Below, piece by piece: positions 45,606 to 54,862 of a DNA stretch of 64,000 bases. The translations under genes and the position numbers were made by a program. The stretch's first letter is position 1, and each line of letters starts with the position of its first letter. The stretch comes from a candidate division WOR-3 bacterium (GTDB taxonomy: Bacteria; Hydrothermota; Tepidihabitantia; SM23-42): the NCBI GenBank assembly GCA_011052815.1, contig DRIG01000085.1, positions 1,110-65,109 of the forward strand. The letters run 5' to 3'. The notes under the pieces were generated by a model that saw only the letters and a program-made list of their open reading frames with translations, made no database searches and was not told the DNA's origin.

Positions 45606-47094
45606 ATGCATTCCCAATTTCAGTGAGGGAAGAGATCAATCAAAACTCGATCAAATTTTAGAAGCGATAAAGAGTGCCGGTGTGGAATTGCTCGATCAGG
45701 AAAAAGACCCTGACCATAATCGGGCGGTTGTAACGTTCGTCGGCACTCCTGAAGCGGCACTCGAGGCAGCGTTCAGAGGTATTAAAAAGGCTTCGGAATT
45801 GATTGATTTGAACAAACACAAAGGTGAACATCCGCGTATGGGTGCGACTGATGTGGTACCGTTTGTTCCGATTAAAAACGTTACAACCCGGGAGTGCATA
45901 GAGCTGGCGAAACGATTGGGTAAGCGGGTTGCCGAGGAGCTCAAGATCCCCGTATACCTTTATGAAGACGCCGCCACCCGGCCCGACCGTAAAAATCTTG
46001 CAAATATCCGCAAAGGTGAATTCGAAGGTTTAAGGGAAGAGATTGAGACGAATCCGGATCGCCGCCCTGACTTTGGTGAACCCAGGATACATCCCACCGC
46101 CGGTGCTACGGTGATCGGTGCACGGTTCCCTCTGATCGCCTTTAATATGAATTTGAACACCTCGGACGTTTCGATCGCCCAGAAGATCGCCAAGGCGATC
46201 AGATTCGGAAGCGGTGGTTACAGATATGTGAAGTCACTCGGTTTTATGCTTAAAGAGGAGAATCGCGCCCAGATTTCCTGTAATATGACCAATTATACGA
46301 AGACCCCTCTCTATCGGGTATTCGAGACCGCCAAACGTGAAGCAGAGAGATACGGCACTTCAATCAAAGAGTCAGAGATTGTCGGACTTGTACCTGAAAA
46401 GGCTTTGATCGATACCGCGATATATTATCTGCAGCTTGATCGCTTCAGCGAAGACCAGATCCTTGAATATAAGCTCCACGGTAAAGGAACCAAGCAATCG
46501 ATAATGGATTTTTTGCATGTCCTTGCGCTTGCAAAACCGACACCGGGCGGTGGAAGCGTCGCCGCGCTCCAGGCTGCGCTCGGGACCGCACTGCTGTCCA
46601 TGGTTACCGGCATTACCGTAAACAAAACCAAAGACAATGAATTAAAGGATTTTCACGGTTTCTTGAAGTTGAGTGTCTATGAGTTTTACCGCTTCATTGA
46701 CAGAGACAAGGAAGCCTTTGATAAAGTGCTTGAGGCATTCAGGTTGCCGGAATCGACTGATTCCGAGAAGCAGGAAAAAGAGGTTGCGGTTCAGGATGCC
46801 TATAAACACGCGGCTCAGGTGCCTTTTGAAGTCTGCAAAAAGATACTCTTTATCCATCCCTATGCCAGGATTCTCGCTGAAAAAGGATTAAAGAATGCAA
46901 TTTCAGATGTAGGGGTGGCGCTCTATTCACTCCACAGTGCTTTCCTCTCCGCCCGTCTCAATGTTTTAATCAATCTCAATTCGATCACTGATAAAGAATT
47001 CACTGAGAGCATCAAGACCGAACTTGATTCTTTGAAAAAACAGGAGGAAAATTCCTGCGGGGAAATTGAAAATATCTTCTTGACAAAGTTATGA
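45589..47094 (+). CDS. ftcD: Bifunctional glutamate formimidoyltransferase / formimidoyl-tetrahydrofolate cyclodeaminase (FtcD-like)
   Basis: N-terminal MEKIVECIPNFSEGRD (formiminotransferase). C-terminal ...KPTPGGGSVAALQAALGTALLSMV (FTCD_C cyclodeaminase). About 500 aa total. Overlaps the hutI 3' end by 17 nt. Confidence 0.75.
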   Translation: MEKIVECIPNFSEGRDQSKLDQILEAIKSAGVELLDQEKDPDHNRAVVTFVGTPEAALEAAFRGIKKASELIDLNKHKGEHPRMGATDVVPFVPIKNVTTRECIELAKRLGKRVAEELKIPVYLYEDAATRPDRKNLANIRKGEFEGLREEIETNPDRRPDFGEPRIHPTAGATVIGARFPLIAFNMNLNTSDVSIAQKIAKAIRFGSGGYRYVKSLGFMLKEENRAQISCNMTNYTKTPLYRVFETAKREAERYGTSIKESEIVGLVPEKALIDTAIYYLQLDRFSEDQILEYKLHGKGTKQSIMDFLHVLALAKPTPGGGSVAALQAALGTALLSMVTGITVNKTKDNELKDFHGFLKLSVYEFYRFIDRDKEAFDKVLEAFRLPESTDSEKQEKEVAVQDAYKHAAQVPFEVCKKILFIHPYARILAEKGLKNAISDVGVALYSLHSAFLSARLNVLINLNSITDKEFTESIKTELDSLKKQEENSCGEIENIFLTKL

Positions 47095-47107
47095 AAAAGG
47101 TTATAAT
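47080..47107 (+). promoter_or_regulatory. Sigma70-type promoter TTGACA-N16-TATAAT inside the 3' end of ftcD, driving the TPR/ATPase module
   Basis: cttgacaaagttatgaaaaaggttataatttcagaggtaggttaaaATG (Shine-Dalgarno GAGGTAGG). Confidence 0.5.
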
Positions 47108-47124
47108 TTCAGAGGTAGGTTAAA

Positions 47125-49077
47125 ATGGAAATGGAACTTTTAGAAAAAAGCAGGGAGTATATACGGGAAGGCCAGATGGAGAAGGCTCAAATTATTCTAC
47201 GCAGAATTCTCAGTGAAAATCCCAACGAAGCAAAGGCGTTAGAAATATCGGGCGATCTCGCTCTCAAGCAGGGCAGAATCAATGAGGCGATTCAGCGTTA
47301 TGACAACGCCAGCAATAAATATACCAATGACAATCGGTATGCCGAAGCGATAATCTGTCTGGAAAAGATTAAGATGCTCGACAAAACAAACGAAGAGGTC
47401 TTTTCCCGTCTCGCCGATCTCTATAGATTCTACGGTTTACCGAACAAAGCGGTTACCACGATCCTTGATTTGTGTGGCTGGGCGATTGAAGAAAAGAAGG
47501 ATGCTGTTTTCGTTTCTGCTCTGCGCAAGATAGTTGAACTCCAACCTAAAAATCTTGAGCTGAGGTTCTCTTTTGCGAAGATTTTACTTTCCATTGAACG
47601 GACACAGGAAGCAGAGGATGAGTTGAAGAAGATAAAATCTCTTGCAGAAGAAGCCGGAAAGAGCGAACTGGTTGAAGAAGTGGCTAAATTACTTCCCCAG
47701 ACCGATGGAGGAGAAGAACTTGATCCGAAGAGCCGTATTGAACTTGGCAATCTGTTGTACGAAATCGGTTCAAAGGACGAGGCGCTCGTTGAATTCAACA
47801 AAGCGGTGAGTGATCTGCTGGAGAGCGGTGAGACTGAAGACGCCCTTAATGTCCTTAATCGAATCGTGGAGATCGATCCCAATAACAAAGAGGCGATTAA
47901 CAAAATAAAAGAGTTGACCGGCGAATCTGTCGTTGAGGAACCTGAACAAAAGGAAGAGGAAGAGACCTCTGAAGCAGCGACCGAAGAGGAGATTGTCGCT
48001 GAGGCACCTTCAGAAACACCCGAGGAGGTGGTCGAAGAGTCTGTTCCTGAGGCAGAGGTAGAGCAGGCTCCTGAGGCGGGTGAATCAGAAGCGCCTCCAG
48101 AAGAAAAAACAGAAGAAGCGGCTGAAGAACCTTCTGCAGAGGCAGAAGAACCGACCGGAGAAGCGATGGAAATGTTTCAAGACCTCGGTCAGGATATCGA
48201 AGGTTTTGTTCCAGCTACTGACTCTTCAGAGACCGCGGTTAAAGAAGAAGTGGCACCGGAAACAGAGACAGAGGAGAAACCGGATGATGAGATCTCGAAG
48301 TTAGAGGGGCAGATTGCAGATATTGAATTTCTTCTCAAAGAGACAGAGACAATCGCCAAGCCGAAGTTCGAGATTGCAAAGGAATTCGATGATTTCAGAA
48401 ACAGGATTGTATGGCAGGATGAAGATTTGAACAAGAAACTGAAACTTGCCGAGACGGCGTTCAATAATGAGCTGTATGAAACCGCACTGGCGTATATTCA
48501 GGATATTAACAGTAATAAAGAAACCTGGCCTCTCTCTTTAGAAATAACCGGCAGGTGCCTGATAAAGCTGGGGCGCTATAATGAAGCCAAGAAGAGCCTG
48601 GCGGGATTTTTACTCATCGATGAAATTTCCGAAGAGGACAAGATGGAATTGCGTTATCTGCTCGCTTCCGCCTATGAAGGATTGGGTGATTTTGATAATG
48701 CAATGAGGGAGATTGAGCGGATATTGAGTATTAATCCGAATTACAAAGACGTAAAAGAAATCTATGCACTTATGGGCGGAAAGGAATTCGAAGTACCTGA
48801 AAAAACGGTTGAAAAGGTTGTTGAGCAAGAACCCGCGGTCAGGGAAGAGATTCCGCAACCTGCACCGGAACCACAGACACCACCGACCGAGCCGACGGCA
48901 CCCCGAATTACCGAACCGGCGCCTCCCGAAGAGAACTATCCGACGATCATTGAAGAAATTCCTCAATATCAAGAACCGATCACTCAACCGCCTCTCTCGG
49001 AAAAACCTCAGAGGAAATTAAAAGAGGAGATACCTGATATTGAAGAACCAAAGGGTGAGAATATTGCATTTCTCTAA
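47125..49077 (+). CDS. TPR-repeat protein with a long acidic (Glu-rich) linker and a Pro-rich C-terminus, MshN/PrsT-like partner of an ExeA-like ATPase (copy 1)
   Basis: TPR-like helical repeats in the N- and C-terminal thirds. Central ...EEPEQKEEEETSEAATEEEIVAEAPSETPEE... Start is 14 nt after the promoter leader. Confidence 0.6.
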   Translation: MEMELLEKSREYIREGQMEKAQIILRRILSENPNEAKALEISGDLALKQGRINEAIQRYDNASNKYTNDNRYAEAIICLEKIKMLDKTNEEVFSRLADLYRFYGLPNKAVTTILDLCGWAIEEKKDAVFVSALRKIVELQPKNLELRFSFAKILLSIERTQEAEDELKKIKSLAEEAGKSELVEEVAKLLPQTDGGEELDPKSRIELGNLLYEIGSKDEALVEFNKAVSDLLESGETEDALNVLNRIVEIDPNNKEAINKIKELTGESVVEEPEQKEEEETSEAATEEEIVAEAPSETPEEVVEESVPEAEVEQAPEAGESEAPPEEKTEEAAEEPSAEAEEPTGEAMEMFQDLGQDIEGFVPATDSSETAVKEEVAPETETEEKPDDEISKLEGQIADIEFLLKETETIAKPKFEIAKEFDDFRNRIVWQDEDLNKKLKLAETAFNNELYETALAYIQDINSNKETWPLSLEITGRCLIKLGRYNEAKKSLAGFLLIDEISEEDKMELRYLLASAYEGLGDFDNAMREIERILSINPNYKDVKEIYALMGGKEFEVPEKTVEKVVEQEPAVREEIPQPAPEPQTPPTEPTAPRITEPAPPEENYPTIIEEIPQYQEPITQPPLSEKPQRKLKEEIPDIEEPKGENIAFL

Positions 49078-49090
49078 AATAGGAGGATAA

Positions 49091-49912
49091 GTGGGATATC
49101 AGGAATTTTACGGGCTAAAATTTGAACCATTTGCTAATCATCCTGATCCAAAATTTTATTTTAATTCCCCTCAGCACGCTCTGGCACGTGAGTATTTGAT
49201 TCATGCTGCTCGTGGCACAAGGGGATTGGCTGTTCTTTTGGGTGAAATAGGAACAGGTAAGACGACGTTGTCGCGTAAGATTTTAAATGAATTATATACG
49301 CTGGGTAATTACCAGGTCGGTTTGATCGTCTTGACCCATTCGGATTTTGCACCGGGCTGGCTGTTTACCAGAATAGCGAATTTGATCGGGTTGAGGGATT
49401 TCGGCAGCTCGACGACCGAGATAATAAACCGGATATCGCAGAGGCTCCATGAGATTTATCGAAGGAACGAGAAGACGGTGATTATAATCGATGAGGCGAA
49501 TAAACTCCGCAGTCAGGAGATACTGGAAGAGATTCGCGGGTTATTGAATCTCGAGATTGCTGATACACGGTTGATTTCTTTTATCCTCAGCGGTCTTCCT
49601 GAGCTGGAACATTTTTTAGCATCAAACCGGGCACTCTATCAGCGTATTGCAGTCAAGGTTAAGTTGAAACCGATGGGCAGTGATACGATCCGGGCATATA
49701 TCAACCACCGATTGAAGATCGCCGGTGCAACCCGGGAACTGTTTTCACCACGGGCGGTTGATTTGATCTGCCGTTATTCAGACGGCAGGCCGCGGCTTGT
49801 GAACATCACCAGTGATAATGCCCTGTTAGAGGGTTATGTACAGAGAAAACAGACCATTGATGAGTCGATTATCGAAAGAGTGGTTACAAATTTGGGTTTA
49901 AAATTTGAATAA
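49091..49912 (+). CDS. ExeA/GspA/MshM-like AAA ATPase, ATPase domain only, about 273 aa (copy 1)
   Basis: Walker A LLGEIGTGKTTLSRKIL. Walker B VIIIDEAN. ...LSGLPELEHFL... typical of the ExeA-like family (also the TIGR03015 PEP-CTERM-locus ATPase). Confidence 0.7.
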   Translation: MGYQEFYGLKFEPFANHPDPKFYFNSPQHALAREYLIHAARGTRGLAVLLGEIGTGKTTLSRKILNELYTLGNYQVGLIVLTHSDFAPGWLFTRIANLIGLRDFGSSTTEIINRISQRLHEIYRRNEKTVIIIDEANKLRSQEILEEIRGLLNLEIADTRLISFILSGLPELEHFLASNRALYQRIAVKVKLKPMGSDTIRAYINHRLKIAGATRELFSPRAVDLICRYSDGRPRLVNITSDNALLEGYVQRKQTIDESIIERVVTNLGLKFE

Positions 49913-51885
49913 TGTCAGGACTTGGTGAAGCAAAAAGAAAAGTTGCTGAATTTGAAGCAAAGGGTGATGTAAAGAAAGCCATAGAAGAATTAGAAAAGGC
50001 TATTCAGGATTTCCCCAAAGAGGGTTCATTATTTAACAAACTCGGTGATTTATATATCAAGGTTAACCGTAAAGAAGACGCCCTCGATATATATGAAAGA
50101 GGCGCCAGGGTCTTTAAAGAAGAAACATACTTTCCCAATGCCATCGCTCTCTGCAAGAAGATATTGAGATTGGATAAAGAGAGAACAGAGGTATACGGGC
50201 TGCTTGGTGAACTTCATAAAGAGCTGGATCAACGGGGAGAGGCAGCCAATTACTTCCTGGAATATGCAGAGAGAAAGATGAAAGCCAATGATGTGGAATC
50301 CGCCCTTGAAACCTATAATATGATTAAAGAGCTGGTTCCCAACAATCCCAAAATTCTTGAGACGATATCCGCCATCTATGAAAAGGTCGGAAAGAAAGAA
50401 GAAGGAGCTGAATTTTTAAAAGAGGCGCATGAGCTGGAGACCAAGCAGGAGAAACTCAGAGAATCCCTGGTCGCCGAGGAAAAGATAGAGAAGAAGGTCG
50501 AGAAAAAAGAAGAAGAGAAAGAGAAAAAGGTTGAACCGGAGGAAGAAGAGGCGGCAGAGCCCGAAGAGCCGGTAAAAGAAGAGGAGCCGGTGAAAGAAGA
50601 GCCGGTAAAAGAGGAGCCGGTGAAAAAAGAAGAGGTGATCGAAAAACCGGAACCGGCTGAAGAGAAGGTCGAAGAAGCGGTTGAGGTGGAAAAAGAAGTG
50701 GAGGAGGAAGACGTCGGAGAGTCGGTTGAAGTGAAGGCGGAGGAAGAAGTAAAAGAAGAATCAGAAGAAGCTGAGCCTTCACTGGAAGACCTGGTTTCTC
50801 CTGAGGTAGCGGAATTACTGAAAGACGATCGTGAACCGGAATCTGAGCCGGAAAAAGAAGAAGAGGTCGCGGTGGAAGAAGAACCGCCCGAAGCCCTTTC
50901 TGATATTGATAAAACCATTGAACTCGGTGAACTTTATCTCAATCTGGGGTCAGAAGAAGAAGCCGTGGACTGTTTTCGAAACGCCGCTGAAGAGGCATGG
51001 GAGCAGAAGGATTATGATACTGCCCTGACTCTTAATAAGAAGATCGCCGATCTACGGCCGTTTGATTTAAAATCGCGGCAGCATATGGTCGAGATCGCCC
51101 AGATAAAAAAAGATAAAGAGCTTGAAATAAGTTCTCTGCTTGACCTGGCTGAGTCTCTGATGCGGCGTGAGGCGAAGAGTGAAGCCCGTGCCGTATACAA
51201 GAAAGTTTTGAAACTCGATCCGGACAACACTACTGCAAAAGAGATGTACGCCGCGTTCGAACAGCCCAAGGATTTCATTGATCTCGGTGAGGTGTTGCGG
51301 GCTGAAATGGCGGATGAGAAGAAATCCGAGAGCTTGCAGAGTATTGAAGGGCTTGTATCGCAGTTCAGGCGGGAGGTTTTTGAGTCGATCGGCGAAGGTG
51401 ATTTCCGTTCACGCTATGATCTCGGGGTTGCATATAAAGGAATGGGTTTGTATCAGGAAGCGATTGAAGAGTTCGAGATCGCCAGTAAAGACGAGGAGCT
51501 TAAACTCAAGGCGCTTGAGATGATCGGTTCCTGTTTTCTGGAGAGGGGTAAGATCGATGAGGCGATCGGAACGCTTCAGGAGGCGTTGAAGGTGACGGGT
51601 CGTCCAACAAAGGAATACTTCGGGATCTATTTCATGCTCGGTAATTGTTACGAAGATAAGGGTGATATGAAGACCGCACTCAAACATTATATGGCGGCGT
51701 TCAAGATTGATAAAACGGTTCCTGAATTGACCAAGAAGATCAATGAATTGAAGAAAAAATATCTTGCCGTGATGAAAAAGGCGGAGAAAAAACCTGCTCC
51801 TGGAAAGATTCAGAAGAAAACAGCCGCGAAGGCTGTTAAGACCAAAAAAGTTGCGGCAAAGAAGTCAAAGATAACATATTTATAA
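49912..51885 (+). CDS. TPR-repeat protein with an E/K-rich tandem-repeat linker (EEPVKE units) and a histone-H1-like Lys/Ala-rich C-terminal tail (copy 2)
   Basis: Start ATG overlaps the TAA of the upstream ATPase (TAATG). DNA-level tandem repeats gagccggt(a/g)aaagaagag at about 50570-50640. C-terminal KKPAPGKIQKKTAAKAVKTKKVAAKKSK. Confidence 0.6.
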   Translation: MSGLGEAKRKVAEFEAKGDVKKAIEELEKAIQDFPKEGSLFNKLGDLYIKVNRKEDALDIYERGARVFKEETYFPNAIALCKKILRLDKERTEVYGLLGELHKELDQRGEAANYFLEYAERKMKANDVESALETYNMIKELVPNNPKILETISAIYEKVGKKEEGAEFLKEAHELETKQEKLRESLVAEEKIEKKVEKKEEEKEKKVEPEEEEAAEPEEPVKEEEPVKEEPVKEEPVKKEEVIEKPEPAEEKVEEAVEVEKEVEEEDVGESVEVKAEEEVKEESEEAEPSLEDLVSPEVAELLKDDREPESEPEKEEEVAVEEEPPEALSDIDKTIELGELYLNLGSEEEAVDCFRNAAEEAWEQKDYDTALTLNKKIADLRPFDLKSRQHMVEIAQIKKDKELEISSLLDLAESLMRREAKSEARAVYKKVLKLDPDNTTAKEMYAAFEQPKDFIDLGEVLRAEMADEKKSESLQSIEGLVSQFRREVFESIGEGDFRSRYDLGVAYKGMGLYQEAIEEFEIASKDEELKLKALEMIGSCFLERGKIDEAIGTLQEALKVTGRPTKEYFGIYFMLGNCYEDKGDMKTALKHYMAAFKIDKTVPELTKKINELKKKYLAVMKKAEKKPAPGKIQKKTAAKAVKTKKVAAKKSKITYL

Positions 51886-51891
51886 AAAACT

Positions 51892-52716
51892 ATGGGATAC
51901 GAAAGTTTTTATAAATTAAAAGAACACCCCTTTAGTTTCACTACAGATGAAAAATTTTATTATGATTCCCCGCAACACTCAAAGGCGTTGATAAAATTGT
52001 CGCATGCGGTTGAGACCGAAAAGGGATTGGCGCTTCTTATCGGTGATATCGGAACGGGTAAGACGACGTTGTCCCGTCGTCTTCTGGACCAGCTCATCGA
52101 CAAAGATGTCGAGGCGACGCTTCTTGTTATAATCCATTCGGAAATCACTTCCTTGTGGTTTTTAAAGAAGATAGCACTTATGCTCGAAACACCGGTGGAT
52201 TCCGAAAACAAGATCGACATAATAACTGCTGTATACCACCGGTTGCTCGATTTGACGGGTAAGAACAAAAAGGTCGTGATTCTCGTCGACGAAGCGAACA
52301 TGCTTCAAAAGAAAGCGATAATGGAAGAGATCAGAGGGTTGCTTAATCTGGAATCAGAACGCGGCAAGCTTTTGAACTTTATCCTGTTCGGCCTACCTGA
52401 GATGGAGGATTATTTGAAACTTGATCCTCCGTTGTATCAAAGGATTGCTGTCCGCTGTGTTCTCGACGCCCTCGACGAAAATGCGACCTATAATTACATC
52501 GTTCATCGACTGCGCGTCGCCGGATGCACAAAACCTTTGTTTACAAAAGAGGCCCTGAAGAAAATATTCGTTTATTCAAAAGGCATTCCCCGTACAATCA
52601 ATGCGATATGTGATAATGCTTTATTGGAAGGTTTTCTTCTGAAGAAACAGATAGTCGATCAAAAAATAATCGATGATGTATCTCAAGATCTGGGACTTGC
52701 TGCACAAGAAAGCTGA
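51892..52716 (+). CDS. ExeA/GspA/MshM-like AAA ATPase (copy 2)
   Basis: Walker A LLIGDIGTGKTTLSRRLL. Walker B VVILVDEAN. Collinear with copy 1. Confidence 0.7.
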   Translation: MGYESFYKLKEHPFSFTTDEKFYYDSPQHSKALIKLSHAVETEKGLALLIGDIGTGKTTLSRRLLDQLIDKDVEATLLVIIHSEITSLWFLKKIALMLETPVDSENKIDIITAVYHRLLDLTGKNKKVVILVDEANMLQKKAIMEEIRGLLNLESERGKLLNFILFGLPEMEDYLKLDPPLYQRIAVRCVLDALDENATYNYIVHRLRVAGCTKPLFTKEALKKIFVYSKGIPRTINAICDNALLEGFLLKKQIVDQKIIDDVSQDLGLAAQES

Positions 52717-52727
52717 GCGAGAGAAGT

Positions 52728-53585
52728 TTGGAAAAGCCGAATTTTTCCCTACAAAAGAATTGTTATGCTGATCTTCATATTCATTCAATATATTCAGACG
52801 GCTCTCTGACACCTTTCGAAATCATAAATATCTGTAAACAGCTGGAGTTGAAGGTCATTTCGATTACGGACCACGATACTGTATCCGGACTCGGTGAAGT
52901 ATTCACCCTCGCCCGGGGGGACGTGGAGATTATCCCGGCGGTGGAGATGAGCTCGAATATCGGATATCTGGATATCCATATTCTGGGATATTATATTGAC
53001 TATAAAAATGGAGAGCTCCTTGCATACTTAGAGGATTTCAAAAAACACCGGATCGAGAGGGTGAAGAGGATCATAAAGAAACTCTCGGATGACGGTATTC
53101 AACTTGAATTTGAACAGATTAAAGCCGTCGCCCAGAACTGTTCCCTGGGCAGACCGCACATCGCCGAGGTGCTTGTGGAGAACGGCTATGTCAGGTCAAT
53201 AAACGAAGCATTTTCACGCTATCTGGGCTACGGCCTGCCCTATTATGAACCTAAAAAGGATGTCCATCCGAAAGAGGTTATCAATAGAATAAAGAGAAGT
53301 CACGGTATTCCGGTGATTGCACATCCCGGTACGATAAATGATGAGCAGATTATTTATTCACTGATTATGCACGGCGCGCAGGGAATAGAGGTATGGCATC
53401 CTGAACACAATCAAAAGTGGCAGCAGCAGCTTTATGAGATTGCTTTGAAGAACGGATTGTTGATGACCGGTGGTTCTGATTGCCACGGCAGACGCGGAGG
53501 TTTTCAGATCGGTTGCATCGGATGCAGTGAGGATGATGTTCTTATGATGAAGAGACATCATCAGGAGATCTGTAAGAGCGGCTGA
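52728..53585 (+). CDS. PHP-domain (polymerase/histidinol-phosphatase-like) metal-dependent phosphoesterase
   Basis: ADLHIHSIYSDGS motif at the N-terminus. TTG start. Later His/Asp-rich motifs (...IAHPG..., GGSDCHG). Confidence 0.7.
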   Translation: MEKPNFSLQKNCYADLHIHSIYSDGSLTPFEIINICKQLELKVISITDHDTVSGLGEVFTLARGDVEIIPAVEMSSNIGYLDIHILGYYIDYKNGELLAYLEDFKKHRIERVKRIIKKLSDDGIQLEFEQIKAVAQNCSLGRPHIAEVLVENGYVRSINEAFSRYLGYGLPYYEPKKDVHPKEVINRIKRSHGIPVIAHPGTINDEQIIYSLIMHGAQGIEVWHPEHNQKWQQQLYEIALKNGLLMTGGSDCHGRRGGFQIGCIGCSEDDVLMMKRHHQEICKSG

Positions 53586-53627
53586 CAGATACAGAATATT
53601 TAATAACAAACAGCAGGAGAAACCATT

Positions 53628-54041
53628 ATGAATATAGAAGAGATAAAAGAGATTTTACCGCATCGGCCGCCGTTTCTGTTCGTCGATGAAGTTATTGAAA
53701 TCGCGGATAAGAGGATAGTTGCAAAAAGACACATCCGCCCTGATGAATTCTTCTTTGCAGGCCATTTCCCTCAGGAACCGATAATGCCCGGGGTCCTGAT
53801 TGTCGAGGCACTCGCTCAGACAGCCGGGGTTATGCTTCTGCGGAAATATAAAGGGGCGATTCCTCTTTTTATGGGGATTGATAAGGCGAGGTTCCGGAGA
53901 ATCGTCAAACCCGGTGATACACTCCTTATGGAAGCCGAGGTGATCCATGATCGAGGGAAGGTCGTTAAGATTTCAGGCAGGGCAAAGGTCGGTGACGAGA
54001 CCGTGTGTGAGGCGGTTATCCTTGCGGGTATAAAGACTTAA
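53628..54041 (+). CDS. fabZ: 3-hydroxyacyl-[acyl-carrier-protein] dehydratase
   Basis: N-terminal IKEILPHRPPFLFVDEV. Hot-dog fold with active His (GHFP). Confidence 0.85.
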   Translation: MNIEEIKEILPHRPPFLFVDEVIEIADKRIVAKRHIRPDEFFFAGHFPQEPIMPGVLIVEALAQTAGVMLLRKYKGAIPLFMGIDKARFRRIVKPGDTLLMEAEVIHDRGKVVKISGRAKVGDETVCEAVILAGIKT

Positions 54042-54072
54042 TTTCTATTCCGTTATTCAATTTATAAATAAT

Positions 54073-54846
54073 ATGAACAACTCCCTGATCAGTAAAAAAG
54101 CCCGAATCGGACGGTCTGTGGTGTTCGGTCCTTATGTGCTTATCGAGGATGATGTCGAGATAGGCGACCGCAATATAATCGGAAGTCATGTTGTGATCAG
54201 AAACGGAACCGTGATCGGCGACGACAACAGGATTCATTCCGGAGTTCAGATCGGCGTCGATCCACAGGATTATCACTTTAAAGGGGAATATTCCCGTTGT
54301 ATCATCGGAAACAATAATATAATCAGAGAATACGCCACGATTTCACGAGCAACGGGAGAGAACAGCGAGACCGTGATCGGCGACAATAATTTTATTATGA
54401 CCTATGTTCATATCGCCCACAATATCACAATCGGCAGTAACACCGTCATTTCGAGCGGCTCCCAGCTTGGCGGTTATGTTTCTATTGCTGACTTTGCGAA
54501 TATCGGCGGGCTTGCAGGGATCCACCAATTCTGTCGGGTCGGCAGATATGCGATGCTCGGTGCGAAGTCTTATTTGAATAAAGATCTGCCGCCTTATCTC
54601 CTGGCACGCGGAAATCGGGCGAAGATCTATGGAGTGAATACAAGGGGATTGAAGTTCCATTCGTTTTCAGCGGCTGACATCGAGACGATAAAAGAGCTCT
54701 TTAATTTTTTGTATAATTCGGCGAAGAACATCTCTGAGTGCGTTGAGCTATTAAAGAAGAAAAAAAACCAGGATCAATTCACCCTGGAAATGGTGAAATT
54801 CATTGAATCCTCAGAACGAGGCATATTGCTTAAAATATCTGATTAA
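54073..54846 (+). CDS. lpxA: Acyl-ACP--UDP-N-acetylglucosamine O-acyltransferase
   Basis: Left-handed beta-helix hexapeptide repeats plus the C-terminal LpxA helical domain. Conserved fabZ-lpxA linkage. Confidence 0.8.
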   Translation: MNNSLISKKARIGRSVVFGPYVLIEDDVEIGDRNIIGSHVVIRNGTVIGDDNRIHSGVQIGVDPQDYHFKGEYSRCIIGNNNIIREYATISRATGENSETVIGDNNFIMTYVHIAHNITIGSNTVISSGSQLGGYVSIADFANIGGLAGIHQFCRVGRYAMLGAKSYLNKDLPPYLLARGNRAKIYGVNTRGLKFHSFSAADIETIKELFNFLYNSAKNISECVELLKKKKNQDQFTLEMVKFIESSERGILLKISD

Positions 54847-54862
54847 GATGGATTTATGAATT

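Noticed and set aside
50376-50918. 180-aa Ser/Thr-rich antisense ORF inside TPR protein 2
   Set aside because: It is the mirror image of the GAA/GAG (Glu) repeat coding region on the + strand, a typical antisense shadow ORF. Same for 50456-50782.
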